Source: Monocercomonoides exilis PA203
Lineage: Eukaryota; Protista; Preaxostyla
NCBI GenBank assembly: GCA_001643675.2
Contig: LSRY02000075.1
Span: forward strand, 1-64,000
DNA: 64,000 nucleotides
Direction of reading: 5' to 3'
Part shown: positions 1 to 13,200 of the stretch, one piece after another
How positions within the stretch are numbered: position 1 is the stretch's first letter
How the letters are laid out: every line of letters begins with the position of its first letter
The notes under the pieces: model-generated
Database searches by the model: none
The model's input: only the letters and a program-made list of their open reading frames with translations
What the model was told of the DNA's origin: nothing
Program-made: the position numbers and the translations under genes

Positions 1-2477
1 CATCGCATGTGCGACTGAGAAGTGGATGCATGATGGTGATGGACAGCCAGGTGCAAGGGCAAGGGCAAGGACAAATACAAGGTGAGCAGAGCAATGATGC
101 AGCTCACAACTTCTCGTCCTTTTCTCATCGTTCAGCAACATTTCCAGTGCTGCCCACAAGCTTGTCCATATCATACAGCAACAATTGCATCTGTGTGGAC
201 AACTGCTTGTTCGATTCATGCTCATCATCATCATTTGTTTCGGAAGTTTCTTCATCGACTTCAAATATTGGAACAGTGATGTCATTTGTATCATGCACAA
301 ACATTGTGTGCTCGAGTTGTGTTGTTGATGGGGTTGGAGCAACGAAACACAGGGGAATCCTCTTGAGCAAGGGGGAGGTCTGCTGGTGGAACGGATCGCA
401 GATTTGTGGGGTCAACAGCACAGTTGTGGTGAAGGATTCGACAATCTGCAACTCAGAGGCTGGGGCACTGTCTGTTGCAGGGGAAGTGCAACGATCGAAA
501 GAGGAGTTTTGGAACAATAAGGGGAGTTCTGCGAAATATGTGTCAGCTCGGCGGAATGTGGTGTGCACAGAAGGTGGGAGAGTGGATGTGGTGAGTCTGA
601 AAGGAGGAGATGGGTGGAAGGAAGATGACTCGCTGTGGATGGTGGAAGAGGGGTGCCAGATGGGAGGGCTTGCCTCGGAAAGGAAGTCGGCATTCTTCAT
701 CCCATCTGAGCGAGGTGGAAACAGAGGAGACAGAGGATGTGGGAGGCATGGTGAAGCTGAGGTTCAAGGGACGGGTGCTGCTGCCGTGCTCCATGGGGTT
801 TGAGGTGGTAGGGGTTGTGGGGGATGTGGAGTTTGTGGAGAAGCACATGTTTGAGGAAGGGGATTTCGAGAGCGAAAGGGAGGTGAGGCGCTGGGCAGAA
901 ATGGAGAAGGTGGGATGGGGAGGAGAGGAGGCAGAGGTGAGGGTGAGCATTCTGTTTGGGAACATGTCTGCGCCGTCGCACACAGAGGCATTCATTTTGC
1001 AGAACAGAAGCGAGCCGAAAGGAAACGGAGACGAAAGGACTGTTGAAGGAGGAAAAGATGGAAAATCATTTTGGCCAATTATTGTGATTGTTATGGGAAT
1101 TGTTCTGTTTGTCATTCTTATTATTGCAGTAATTTCAATAGTCAGATGGAGGAATGTGAAGAATGAAGCAGAAGACTTGAGAGAGATTGTGAACGATAAC
1201 ATCAGAAAGGATCCGAAGGCGTTTGAGATGGTGACGATGGAGATGTCTCCTGAGGAGCAGTGGAGGAGAAGCCGAGAGGGAGGCTGAGAAGAAGAACGAT
1301 GAAAGGATCAAGAAGAGGGTATGAGAAAAGCTTGGGGCATTCTGAGTCATCAGAACATTTATTGAGCGAGAGTGGATCAACAGAATACATTTTGGGAAGA
1401 GACTCAGACAAGATCCCTCAATGGATGCTGGAGAAGGTTGATGAGGAAGAAGATGATATATCGAGAAAGCGAACACCATCACCATCCATTTCATCCACTT
1501 CTACCACAGACACATCAGACACAGAATCCACATTTGTTCGATCGGAAAGTCTGTACCCAACCACATCGTCGATGTCGAATCTGGTGGATGCAATGGCCTG
1601 CTCGTCTCCCCATGAGAAGCTGATTGTCGACTTGAGGGATTCGCTGTTCATGCTTCTTCATGGAAAGAATGAGAAGAAAGAGATGGCAATCGGAACTCTC
1701 CAGGAGAGGGAGGTGACGGCTGCTCAGATCCTGTTCTGGGTGGCCAATCTTGCACTCCACTCGTTTGATGAAATGAACAATCCACTTCAATCTCTTACCA
1801 ATCTGAGTCCCCACATTGTGTTGTTCTCAGAACATATGGTCATCTGCATTGCGATGCACTCGGACTGCTCTTCTTCAGATTCTGATTCATCCTCCATCTC
1901 TTCATCAACTGTTGTCACATCAACAAGTGATGATGATGATGACAGAGACTCTCTGCCCTCATCGGCATTTGAGGATGAGGAAGACAACAGGAAGGAGTGC
2001 ATGAGGTGGAAGGCGCCAGAGCTGCTGAATGGAACAACGAAGCATGCGACGAAAAAGACGGTTGTGTTTTCTGTTGGGATGATGGTGTGGGAGTGTGTGA
2101 CGCTGCAGATCCCGTTTGGGGAGTATTCGGGAGAGGCAGCAGGGAGCATGATTGTGCGAGGAGAGAAGGTGGGGATGGGTGTTGCGAAGGGGTCGCGTGT
2201 GAGAGGGGTTGTGGGTGGGTGCCTGCGTTATGAGGCAGAGGATCGGATGACGCTGGGAGATGTGAAGCGGGAGCTGATCAAGCTGTTTCCTCCGGGTGCA
2301 GCAGTGCTCACGATGACAGATGCGATCGGGTACGAAGAGGAGTCGGAGGAGGCCTGCAGCACCAGCATGGCCATCATGGCCAGCGGAGCCAGCATGACCA
2401 GCATGACAGACATTGGCAACAGATCCAGAGACATGAAGAAGCAAGAGGAAGTGAAGGATGAGGCGAATGGCAAATGA
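1..2477 (+). pseudogene. 3' part of a giant receptor-pseudokinase gene; inverted copy of the 7735-20218 gene with about 17 nt of small deletions (frameshifted pseudogene or consensus error)
   Basis: ORFs 9..803, 610..1287 and 1260..2477 reproduce consecutive pieces of the C-terminal ~830 aa of ORF 7735..17034 in shifting frames. The differences in 1-1330 are small indels, often in short runs. Confidence 0.85.
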
Positions 2478-4998
2478 TGAGGAGAGCAGAGCAGAACAGA
2501 GCAGAGCAGAATAATGAAATAAAAAAATCAGACAAGGGAAGTTGGAGCATTCATTGGAAAACTTTGAATGTGTTCAACATTTTTGAACAGCACAGAAACA
2601 GAGTTGGTTTTGAACAGAAAAATGAAAAAGAAAAAAGAAACCCTGGTGCAGACAACACAATGGCCATTGGAGGACGAGTGAAGCCAGAAGGCTTCTCTGA
2701 ACCCGTGGGAGCAATGATTGGTTGTTGCCCATTGTGTTGTGGATGCTTGGCCAGGTGCATGCTGCATGGTGCATGCTGGGAAAAGCGGCAATGCCCACAT
2801 GGCCGAACTCTGATCAGCACAGCATCGCTTCAGACAAAACATTTCATATTCCATTTTCAGTTGTTGTTGGAATAATTTTATTTATTTTATGTGTGTATTT
2901 TTGTATGGTTGTATCCATCTTCACAATATGAAGCATTTGCAGGATGGGACAAGTACTGCCCAGTTGCTGCTGTTTCATTTCCTCTTTTTTTCCTTTTCAA
3001 AGAAAAACAAGAAGAAAACTCGATATTCAGCATCTGTAAAAGCATCCGAAGTCATTCATGATTTTGTGGTGCTTGGTGTCTGGAGTGCCCATTGACCACG
3101 AAAGAAGCACAGGGAGGGTAAAAGACTTGGATGTATTTGCCGGAGAGCTGTCGTGCTGCTGTTTCGGTGCTGTCAGCCAAGTCTGTTTCTGAGTAGCCAG
3201 GCAAGGCTCAACACATTCCCACAAAAGTTGGGAAAGATATTTTCTGCATCTTGTCTCCTCCTGATGAATGGCCATCATCAGTCATCCAACTGCTTCAAAT
3301 GCAGCTCCAATCAAGAATGCAATCGAATTAACATGAGAAAGAAAGAAATGCTCTTTTATTGGCATTTCTTCTTCTTCTTCTTCTTTTCCCAGCTGAGAGA
3401 GGATATTCTTTTTCCAGAGCAGGAAAACATCTTGTTGTTTGTGCCATTGCACACACACACATACACACAAAATTGTGAGTTGTTGAATCTGTGGTTGATT
3501 GTGTTTGTCTGCATGAGATTCTTGTCAAAGGCCACTGAGCGTTGGAATGCCAGATGAAGGTGAATGATTGCTGCGTTTGTTGATTTTGTGGGAGTTGCAT
3601 CGCTAACACCATGGAACAAATACTCATGACCAAGCAAAATTAGCACACACAAAAAATATGGATTGAAATATTAAGGATTTGTGATGGTTCCCAATGATAT
3701 TGATTTTTGTTCCAATTTCTTTTATCGCTTCTGAGGGAAAAAAAACATTGGCAAAATTTTGTTATTCCATTTCTTCAACTGAAGAGACAATTTGACAAAG
3801 CGTTTTCAATGTGGGATAAGAACATCTTCCTCAACAGTCAATGTGTTTGTTATAATGTCATAGCATTAATTGGCTGAAAAATGTTCTTCCAATGGCAGCA
3901 TTTGTCAATGGAAACACATTCAAAAAACACCACATTTTGCTTCATATGCCCACAACAGGGAAGTGCAGTTGAACTTCGATCTCAACTGTTTGAGGGCAAT
4001 CACCAATATATGTGTAGTACTTTTATTTGTCTTCTTTTTTCATTGGGGCCCTTGTTCTAATTTATTTTTTTATTCAAACCGATTCAAACAATAAAAAAAA
4101 ATATTTTTTATAAATTATTTGTGATTTTTAATAAAAGCTGGACTTCGACAAAATCTTTTTATTTTCAAAAAAAGACGAAAATACCTCTTTTGAAGAAATA
4201 ACTGAAAATTTTCCACTCTTTGTTTTTTGACGATGATTTTCTTGTTTATTTTTTTTTTTCTTTTCGAAGAACGTCTGAGACAAAAACATAGCACTTCAAT
4301 CATTTTCTTCAAAATTAACTGCACTGTGGATAAACTTTTTGGTTAATTTACAATAAATAAAAAATACCCGTTTGATGGATTGATTTTTTATAAAAAATAT
4401 ATAATGAATGAGACAAATCAACAAAATTACTGCATCAATGGAGTTTTCAAACAAATGGGACAAATTTTGATTGATTCACTGCAATTTGTTGGTGTTGCCA
4501 TTTTATTGAAGGAAATGACATATTTATGCATCAAGAAAAGAAGCTTGAAAATCCATTTCCTTTTTCAACATATTTGTTGTTGTGTTTTTCTTTTTCACAC
4601 TGTTTTTTTGTTATTCTTCGCTTGATTCTTTTCATGTTTGGTGATTGGTTTTGAAATCATAACTGTTTTCGGAATGCGAATAATCTGTTCTATCTCTTTT
4701 ATGATGAGCACATTTTTTTTTGAATTCTAAATATTCAATCCTCTGAATTCAGAGTTGCAAGAAACAAACAAACAAGTGTTCAACAAACTCCACAAAGTTT
4801 TGCATTCACTTTAGGGAAAGAAACATTTGTGAAATATCTTCAGATAATTATTGTCATTATTTTTCTGATTGAATAATAACGATTATAATAATATTTGACA
4901 ATGTCATTATTTGTGTTTTGAAAATTCAAAAACAATTCTCTTCACTTTGTTTTTCTTTTTTTTGATTACAATTTCAATTTCAAAAATTCATGGATATG
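1..4998 (+). repeat. Palindrome P1, left arm (cut by window start); inverted copy of 5219-10229
   Basis: Mirror ORF pairs, e.g. 4380..4625(+)/5592..5837(-), sum 10217, and 3153..3557(+)/6654..7058(-). The window start catcgcatgtgcgactgaga is the reverse complement of 10210-10229. The inner end ...catggatatg(4998) pairs with catatccatg(5219). Confidence 0.97.
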
Positions 4999-5218
4999 GC
5001 TTTCTTTTCAAAAATCATTTTTTCATAACTTTTCAAAGAAAACAATGATTGAAATTTAAGTCAATTCTATTTGAATAATAAGTTATAAACCTGAATATCA
5101 CACAATTTAATTTTCAAAAAGAGAAATTGTTAAACCACACTTTGGAAGAACAAATAATCAGTATTGACCTAAATAAAAAAATAAAAATATAAAAAAAAAT
5201 AATTCCAAAAATCAAAGT
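4999..5218. other. P1 central spacer (220 bp), homologous to the P2 spacer at ~55945-56155
   Basis: Blocks atcattttttcataacttttcaaagaaaacaatgattgaaattt, ataaacctgaatatcacaca and gttaaaccacactttggaagaacaaataatcagtat occur in both spacers in the same orientation. Confidence 0.92.
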
Positions 5219-8200
5219 CATATCCATGAATTTTTGAAATTGAAATTGTAATCAAAAAAAAGAAAAACAAAGTGAAGAGAATTGTTTTTGAATTTTCAAA
5301 ACACAAATAATGACATTGTCAAATATTATTATAATCGTTATTATTCAATCAGAAAAATAATGACAATAATTATCTGAAGATATTTCACAAATGTTTCTTT
5401 CCCTAAAGTGAATGCAAAACTTTGTGGAGTTTGTTGAACACTTGTTTGTTTGTTTCTTGCAACTCTGAATTCAGAGGATTGAATATTTAGAATTCAAAAA
5501 AAAATGTGCTCATCATAAAAGAGATAGAACAGATTATTCGCATTCCGAAAACAGTTATGATTTCAAAACCAATCACCAAACATGAAAAGAATCAAGCGAA
5601 GAATAACAAAAAAACAGTGTGAAAAAGAAAAACACAACAACAAATATGTTGAAAAAGGAAATGGATTTTCAAGCTTCTTTTCTTGATGCATAAATATGTC
5701 ATTTCCTTCAATAAAATGGCAACACCAACAAATTGCAGTGAATCAATCAAAATTTGTCCCATTTGTTTGAAAACTCCATTGATGCAGTAATTTTGTTGAT
5801 TTGTCTCATTCATTATATATTTTTTATAAAAAATCAATCCATCAAACGGGTATTTTTTATTTATTGTAAATTAACCAAAAAGTTTATCCACAGTGCAGTT
5901 AATTTTGAAGAAAATGATTGAAGTGCTATGTTTTTGTCTCAGACGTTCTTCGAAAAGAAAAAAAAATAAACAAGAAAATCATCGTCAAAAAACAAAGAGT
6001 GGAAAATTTTCAGTTATTTCTTCAAAAGAGGTATTTTCGTCTTTTTTGAAAATAAAAAGATTTTGTCGAAGTCCAGCTTTTATTAAAAATCACAAATAAT
6101 TTATAAAAAATATTTTTTTATTGTTTGAATCGGTTTGAATAAAAAAATAAATTAGAACAAGGGCCCCAATGAAAAAGAAGACAAATAAAAGTACTACACA
6201 TATATTGGTGATTGCCCTCAAACAGTTGAGATCGAAGTTCAACTGCACTTCCCTGTTGTGGGCATATGAAGCAAAATGTGGTGTTTTTTGAATGTGTTTC
6301 CATTGACAAATGCTGCCATTGGAAGAACATTTTTCAGCCAATTAATGCTATGACATTATAACAAACACATTGACTGTTGAGGAAGATGTTCTTATCCCAC
6401 ATTGAAAACGCTTTGTCAAATTGTCTCTTCAGTTGAAGAAATGGAATAACAAAATTTTGCCAATGTTTTTTTTCCCTCAGAAGCGATAAAAGAAATTGGA
6501 ACAAAAATCAATATCATTGGGAACCATCACAAATCCTTAATATTTCAATCCATATTTTTTGTGTGTGCTAATTTTGCTTGGTCATGAGTATTTGTTCCAT
6601 GGTGTTAGCGATGCAACTCCCACAAAATCAACAAACGCAGCAATCATTCACCTTCATCTGGCATTCCAACGCTCAGTGGCCTTTGACAAGAATCTCATGC
6701 AGACAAACACAATCAACCACAGATTCAACAACTCACAATTTTGTGTGTATGTGTGTGTGTGCAATGGCACAAACAACAAGATGTTTTCCTGCTCTGGAAA
6801 AAGAATATCCTCTCTCAGCTGGGAAAAGAAGAAGAAGAAGAAGAAATGCCAATAAAAGAGCATTTCTTTCTTTCTCATGTTAATTCGATTGCATTCTTGA
6901 TTGGAGCTGCATTTGAAGCAGTTGGATGACTGATGATGGCCATTCATCAGGAGGAGACAAGATGCAGAAAATATCTTTCCCAACTTTTGTGGGAATGTGT
7001 TGAGCCTTGCCTGGCTACTCAGAAACAGACTTGGCTGACAGCACCGAAACAGCAGCACGACAGCTCTCCGGCAAATACATCCAAGTCTTTTACCCTCCCT
7101 GTGCTTCTTTCGTGGTCAATGGGCACTCCAGACACCAAGCACCACAAAATCATGAATGACTTCGGATGCTTTTACAGATGCTGAATATCGAGTTTTCTTC
7201 TTGTTTTTCTTTGAAAAGGAAAAAAAGAGGAAATGAAACAGCAGCAACTGGGCAGTACTTGTCCCATCCTGCAAATGCTTCATATTGTGAAGATGGATAC
7301 AACCATACAAAAATACACACATAAAATAAATAAAATTATTCCAACAACAACTGAAAATGGAATATGAAATGTTTTGTCTGAAGCGATGCTGTGCTGATCA
7401 GAGTTCGGCCATGTGGGCATTGCCGCTTTTCCCAGCATGCACCATGCAGCATGCACCTGGCCAAGCATCCACAACACAATGGGCAACAACCAATCATTGC
7501 TCCCACGGGTTCAGAGAAGCCTTCTGGCTTCACTCGTCCTCCAATGGCCATTGTGTTGTCTGCACCAGGGTTTCTTTTTTTCTTTTTCATTTTTCTGTTC
7601 AAAACCAACTCTGTTTCTGTGCTGTTCAAAAATGTTGAACACATTCAAAGTTTTCCAATGAATGCTCCAACTTCCCTTGTCTGATTTTTTTATTTCATTA
7701 TTCTGCTCTGCTCTGTTCTGCTCTGCTCTCCTCATCATTTGCCATTCGCCTCATCCTTCACTTCCTCTTGCTTCTTCATGTCTCTGGATCTGTTGCCAAT
7801 GTCTGTCATGCTGGTCATGCTGGCTCCGCTGGCCATGATGGCCATGCTGGTGCTGCAGGCCTCCTCCGACTCCTCTTCGTACCCGATCGCATCTGTCATC
7901 GTGAGCACTGCTGCACCCGGAGGAAACAGCTTGATCAGCTCCCGCTTCACATCTCCCAGCGTCATCCGATCCTCTGCCTCATAACGCAGGCACCCACCCA
8001 CAACCCCTCTCACACGCGACCCCTTCGCAACACCCATCCCCACCTTCTCTCCTCGCACAATCATGCTCCCTGCTGCCTCTCCCGAATACTCCCCAAACGG
8101 GATCTGCAGCGTCACACACTCCCACACCATCATCCCAACAGAAAACACAACCGTCTTTTTCGTCGCATGCTTCGTTGTTCCATTCAGCAGCTCTGGCGCC

Positions 8201-10229
8201 TTCCACCTCATGCACTCCTTCCTGTTGTCTTCCTCATCCTCAAATGCCGATGAGGGCAGAGAGTCTCTGTCATCATCATCATCACTTGTTGATGTGACAA
8301 CAGTTGATGAAGAGATGGAGGATGAATCAGAATCTGAAGAAGAGCAGTCCGAGTGCATCGCAATGCAGATGACCATATGTTCTGAGAACAACACAATGTG
8401 GGGACTCAGATTGGTAAGAGATTGAAGTGGATTGTTCATTTCATCAAACGAGTGGAGTGCAAGATTGGCCACCCAGAACAGGATCTGAGCAGCCGTCACC
8501 TCCCTCTCCTGGAGAGTTCCGATTGCCATCTCTTTCTTCTCATTCTTTCCATGAAGAAGCATGAACAGCGAATCCCTCAAGTCGACAATCAGCTTCTCAT
8601 GGGGAGACGAGCAGGCCATTGCATCCACCAGATTCGACATCGACGATGTGGTTGGGTACAGACTTTCCGATCGAACAAATGTGGATTCTGTGTCTGATGT
8701 GTCTGTGGTAGAAGTGGATGAAATGGATGGTGATGGTGTTCGCTTTCTCGATATATCATCTTCTTCCTCATCAACCTTCTCCAGCATCCATTGAGGGATC
8801 TTGTCTGAGTCTCTTCCCAAAATGTATTCTGTTGATCCACTCTCGCTCAATAAATGTTCTGATGACTCAGAATGCCCCAAGCTTTTCTCATATACCCTCT
8901 TCTTGATCCTTTCATCGTTCTTCTTCTCAGCCTCCCTCTCGGCTCTCCTCCACTGCTCCTCAGGAGACATCTCCATCGTCACCATCTCAAACGCCTTCGG
9001 ATCCTTTCTGATGTTATCGTTCACAATCTCTCTCAAGTCTTCTGCTTCATTCTTCACATTCCTCCATCTGACTATTGAAATTACTGCAATAATAAGAATG
9101 ACAAACAGAACAATTCCCATAACAATCACAATAATTGGCCAAAATGATTTTCCATCTTTTCCTCCTTCAACAGTCCTTTCGTCTCCGTTTCCTTTCGGCT
9201 CGCTTCTGTTCTGCAAAATGAATGCCTCTGTGTGCGACGGCGCAGACATGTTCCCAAACAGAATGCTCACCCTCACCTCTGCCTCCTCTCCTCCCCATCC
9301 CACCTTCTCCATTTCTGCCCAGCGCCTCACCTCCCTTTCGCTCTCGAAATCCCCTTCCTCAAACATGTGCTTCTCCACAAACTCCACATCCCCCACAACC
9401 CCTACCACCTCAAACCCCATGGAGCACGGCAGCAGCACCCGTCCCTTGAACCTCAGCTTCACCATGCCTCCCACATCCTCTGTCTCCTCTGTTTCCACCT
9501 CGCTCAGATGCGGGATGAAGAATGCCGACTTCCTTTCCGAGGCAAGCCCTCCCATCTGGCACCCCTCTTCCACCATCCACAGCGAGTCATCTTCCTTCCA
9601 CCCATCTCCTCCTTTCAGACTCACCACATCCACTCTCCCACCTTCTGTGCACACCACATTCCGCCGAGCTGACACATATTTCGCAGAACTCCCCTTATTG
9701 TTCCAAAACTCCCCTCTTTCGATCGTTGCACTTCCCCCTGCAACAGACAGTGCCCCAGCCTCTGAGTTGCAGATTGTCGAATCCTTCACCACAACTGTGC
9801 TGTTGACCCCACAAATCTGCGATCCGTTCCACCAGCAGACCTCCTCCCCTTGCTCAAGAGGATTCCCCTGTGTTTCGTTGCTCCAACCCCCATCAACAAC
9901 ACAACTCGAGCACACAATGTTTGTGCATGATACAAATGACATCACTGTTCCAATATTTGAAGTCGATGAAGAAACTTCCGAAACAAATGATGATGATGAG
10001 CATGAATCGAACAAGCAGTTGTCCACACAGATGCAATTGTTGCTGTATGATATGGACAGAATGCTCGGCTTGTGGGCAGCACTGGAAATGTTGCTGAACG
10101 ATGAGAAAAGGACCGAGAAGTTGTGAGCTGCATCATTGCTCTGCTCACCTTGTATTTGTCCTTGCCCTTGCCCTTGCACCTGGCTGTCCATCACCATCAT
10201 GCATCCACTTCTCAGTCGCACATGCGATG
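5219..10229 (-). repeat. Palindrome P1, right arm
   Basis: Reverse complement of 1-4998, nearly free of substitutions. Confidence 0.97.
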
Positions 10230-13200
10230 CCGAATAATTGAACAGCATCATCGAAACATCGTCTGCCACGCTTATCCCATCTGCCTCGATGTCTGTGTTT
10301 TGCACAGCAAGATGCGACACATTCAGCGAGCTGTTCCGGCATGCAATCAGCTTTTGCGCCCTCGTGTTTCTTATCTTGCATTGATCAAAAGTGCATCTCG
10401 TATTTTCGCACTCCATCAAAGTCATGCATCTCCCCTCTGAGATACCACTGCTCGACTCAAAACTGCACAACACCAAAGACACAGTCCCCATCCCTATCCG
10501 CATCAGGGTTTCGTGTGCCGACGGGAATGGCACGGGATACGAAAACAGGATGAGCTTCACCCCCACTCTCCCATCGATGCTGAGCACATGCTCGCGCGTT
10601 TGCGTTGCGATGCTGTCAAATGATATCGTCGAATGCGTCTCCCACCTGGACTTCAGCTCCACATCCCTCAGGTCGCATTCCCCACCTGCTGCACTTTCTT
10701 CGTCCACAACAGCCGTCAAGAACATGCCCCCTGACAAGTGGCCCAGCCCATAGTCCAGCGAACGGCATGGCAGCTCTGCTGCGCCACACTGCCTTGTGTT
10801 TGCCCCTTTGCCGCTGCTCGACGACACAACCACAGTCGAAGAGTAGTGCACAGTAATCAGCGACACCAAATCCACCGGGCTCGTGCTCACTGTGTCGATC
10901 CCGTAGATCGCGTTGATCCGGTTGTACACCCCTTCCTGCACATCCATCTTGAACTGGCTCTCGTTGATCTGCTTGTCGATCCGATAGCACTCGATAAACA
11001 CATCGTTCCCCACATGTGCTGCATTGCCCTTGAACACCACCCGCGAAAACAAAAACGGAAGATCCCCGTGGTTCTTCGTTCTGATGCACACGCCACCGCC
11101 CCTCCCGCTGTCCAGGCTGCAGCTGCACTGAAGCAGCGTGCTGTCCCTTATCGTCAGCCTCCCTTCTTCGTTCAGCCCAAACAGCACTGCCCCTCCGTTT
11201 TGCGAGCCGCTTGCTTTGCACAGCTCAAACACACTTTCATACACCTCCACACTCCACACCCCCTGCCCTCCACACCACACCACACTGCTTTTCTCTCCCT
11301 CTGCCCCCACCGACGACACTTTCGATCCGTTCACTCTCACCCCTATCTTGCTGTTCATGCTGACTCCTGCTCCTGCCCCATCAACCGCGCTGAGCACACA
11401 CCCACTTTGCATCCCAATCGAGTTCACAACTACATTCTCCAGAACACAATCACACCCACCGCCAACCTGCACAACACACCCTTCGAACTTCACTTCGCAC
11501 ACCTCGAGCCCTGCCACATTCAGTGTCCCCTCTCGCATCGCCACATAGTTGAACCGGCTCTTGTGCTGGCCTTCTCCCGCGCTCGCCGAAGTCATCTTGC
11601 ATCTGCGAATCCAAAGGCTGCCTTGCTCGTTCACAACCACATTTGCTTCCCTTTCCTCGCCCATCTTCTGCACACTCATGCATATTCCATCAAACACCAG
11701 CTCTCCCTTGTTGCACATGACACCATCCCGCTCGCTGTCTCCCTCCATGTCGAATACCATGTTGCATGCTGCATCTTCCCCTGCCGCGCTGCCCTCGCAT
11801 TCGACACTGCAGTTCGTCAGATCAAATCCATCTGCAATCCTCAGCTCTCCCTGCACCCTCACCGATCTCATTTTCGTCTCCTTCTCCAACTTCTGCATCC
11901 CCATCCAGAATGTGCTGCACGGCTCTGCTGCACTCCCACACCGCATCACATCGTATCCCCCAACTGACGAGATGTGCATCACTGTGCTCATGTACTCCCT
12001 CACAAACCGATACAGATCCGTCTCCCCAAACACCCCATCCCTCCCCACAAAGTCATTCCCTTCTTCTTCCCCTCTGCTGCTCTTAAACCCGAACGTTGCT
12101 CTCGTTATCGAGCTGTTCAGGTCTCTTGCAACAACAAACGCATTCACACCCATGTGTGCAGCATTCAGGGACACTTCAACATCTGTGAACAAAAACGGCT
12201 CATCCTCCTCCGATTCGCTTCCATCCACAAACAGCCCACCCCCTTTTCCTTCCTCCGCTGAGCAGCTGCAACTGCTCATCTTGCACTCGCTCATCACAAG
12301 TCTCCAGTCTCCTTTCAGAACCGCATGCACAGCCCCTCCTTCCTTGCTCTCGCTGCACTTGATCTCCTTTATTGTGCACTTCAACATTGCCGTGTCGCCA
12401 CACGAAACAATCGGCGGTGCTGCTCCGGTCACGCGCTCCATTGTGCAGTTGCTCATCGTCATGTGCCCGCCGTTCACTGTGATCAACGAAAACGATATGC
12501 ACTTTGCATGCTCTGCAGAAAACGAGCAATGACTGATGTTCAATGCGCCAGATGGTGCCGCGCAGCATATCAGTGTTCTGTGGGGCTCACTTAGCGATTG
12601 TGGCACACACAAGTGCAACAGGCTCAGAACAGTTTTGCTGCTTGTCCCCAGGACCCATTCCACCTGGCCGTCTGCCCACTGCTCCGAAAACGATAAGGCA
12701 GCCTCCACTTCTGCGCTGGCTGATTCCACTGTCATCGCCGAAACATCAAACTCGCCTGCAATCTCGCACCCGTTCTCAACAACCATCTTCCGCTCTTCAT
12801 AATCTGCTCCCAAGTTCCGATACCCTTGCCAGAACGAAAAACACGGATGCTGCTCCCCTCCGCACCCAATCATGTCGTATCCTGCATTCGACACAGCAAC
12901 CACACAGCCATCGTATCTGACCAGAAACAGCTCCAGCGTGATCAGCTCAAATGTGCTGTCTGCCCCAACATATCCGTTCCCATCATCTTCCGCTGAGCCC
13001 CACCTCAACACCATTCGGTCTGCTGTGACACTCTCGTTCAGGCTCAAGCACTCCACAAACACATTTCTCCCAAAGCATGCATCGTTTCCCTCAAAACTGA
13101 CATCCCGCACCAGATACTTCTGCACCCGCCCGCTCCTCATGTCCATCAACATCCCACCCCCTTTTCCTTCTCCTTCCTTTGTGCATCGGCATCCGCTCAT

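Noticed and set aside
2474-7738. Short ORFs repeated in all arms (e.g. 4380..4625, 3153..3557, 3870..4094) as real genes
   Set aside because: Mostly non-ATG starts, low-complexity F/K-rich translations and frame-breaking indels between copies; recurrence is explained by the repeat.
1-10229. P1 as a pure fold-back read or assembly artefact
   Set aside because: A diverged homolog of the same arm-spacer-arm junction exists independently at P2. The small deletions in 1-1330 may still be consensus errors, and P1 arm identity could be inflated by polishing.
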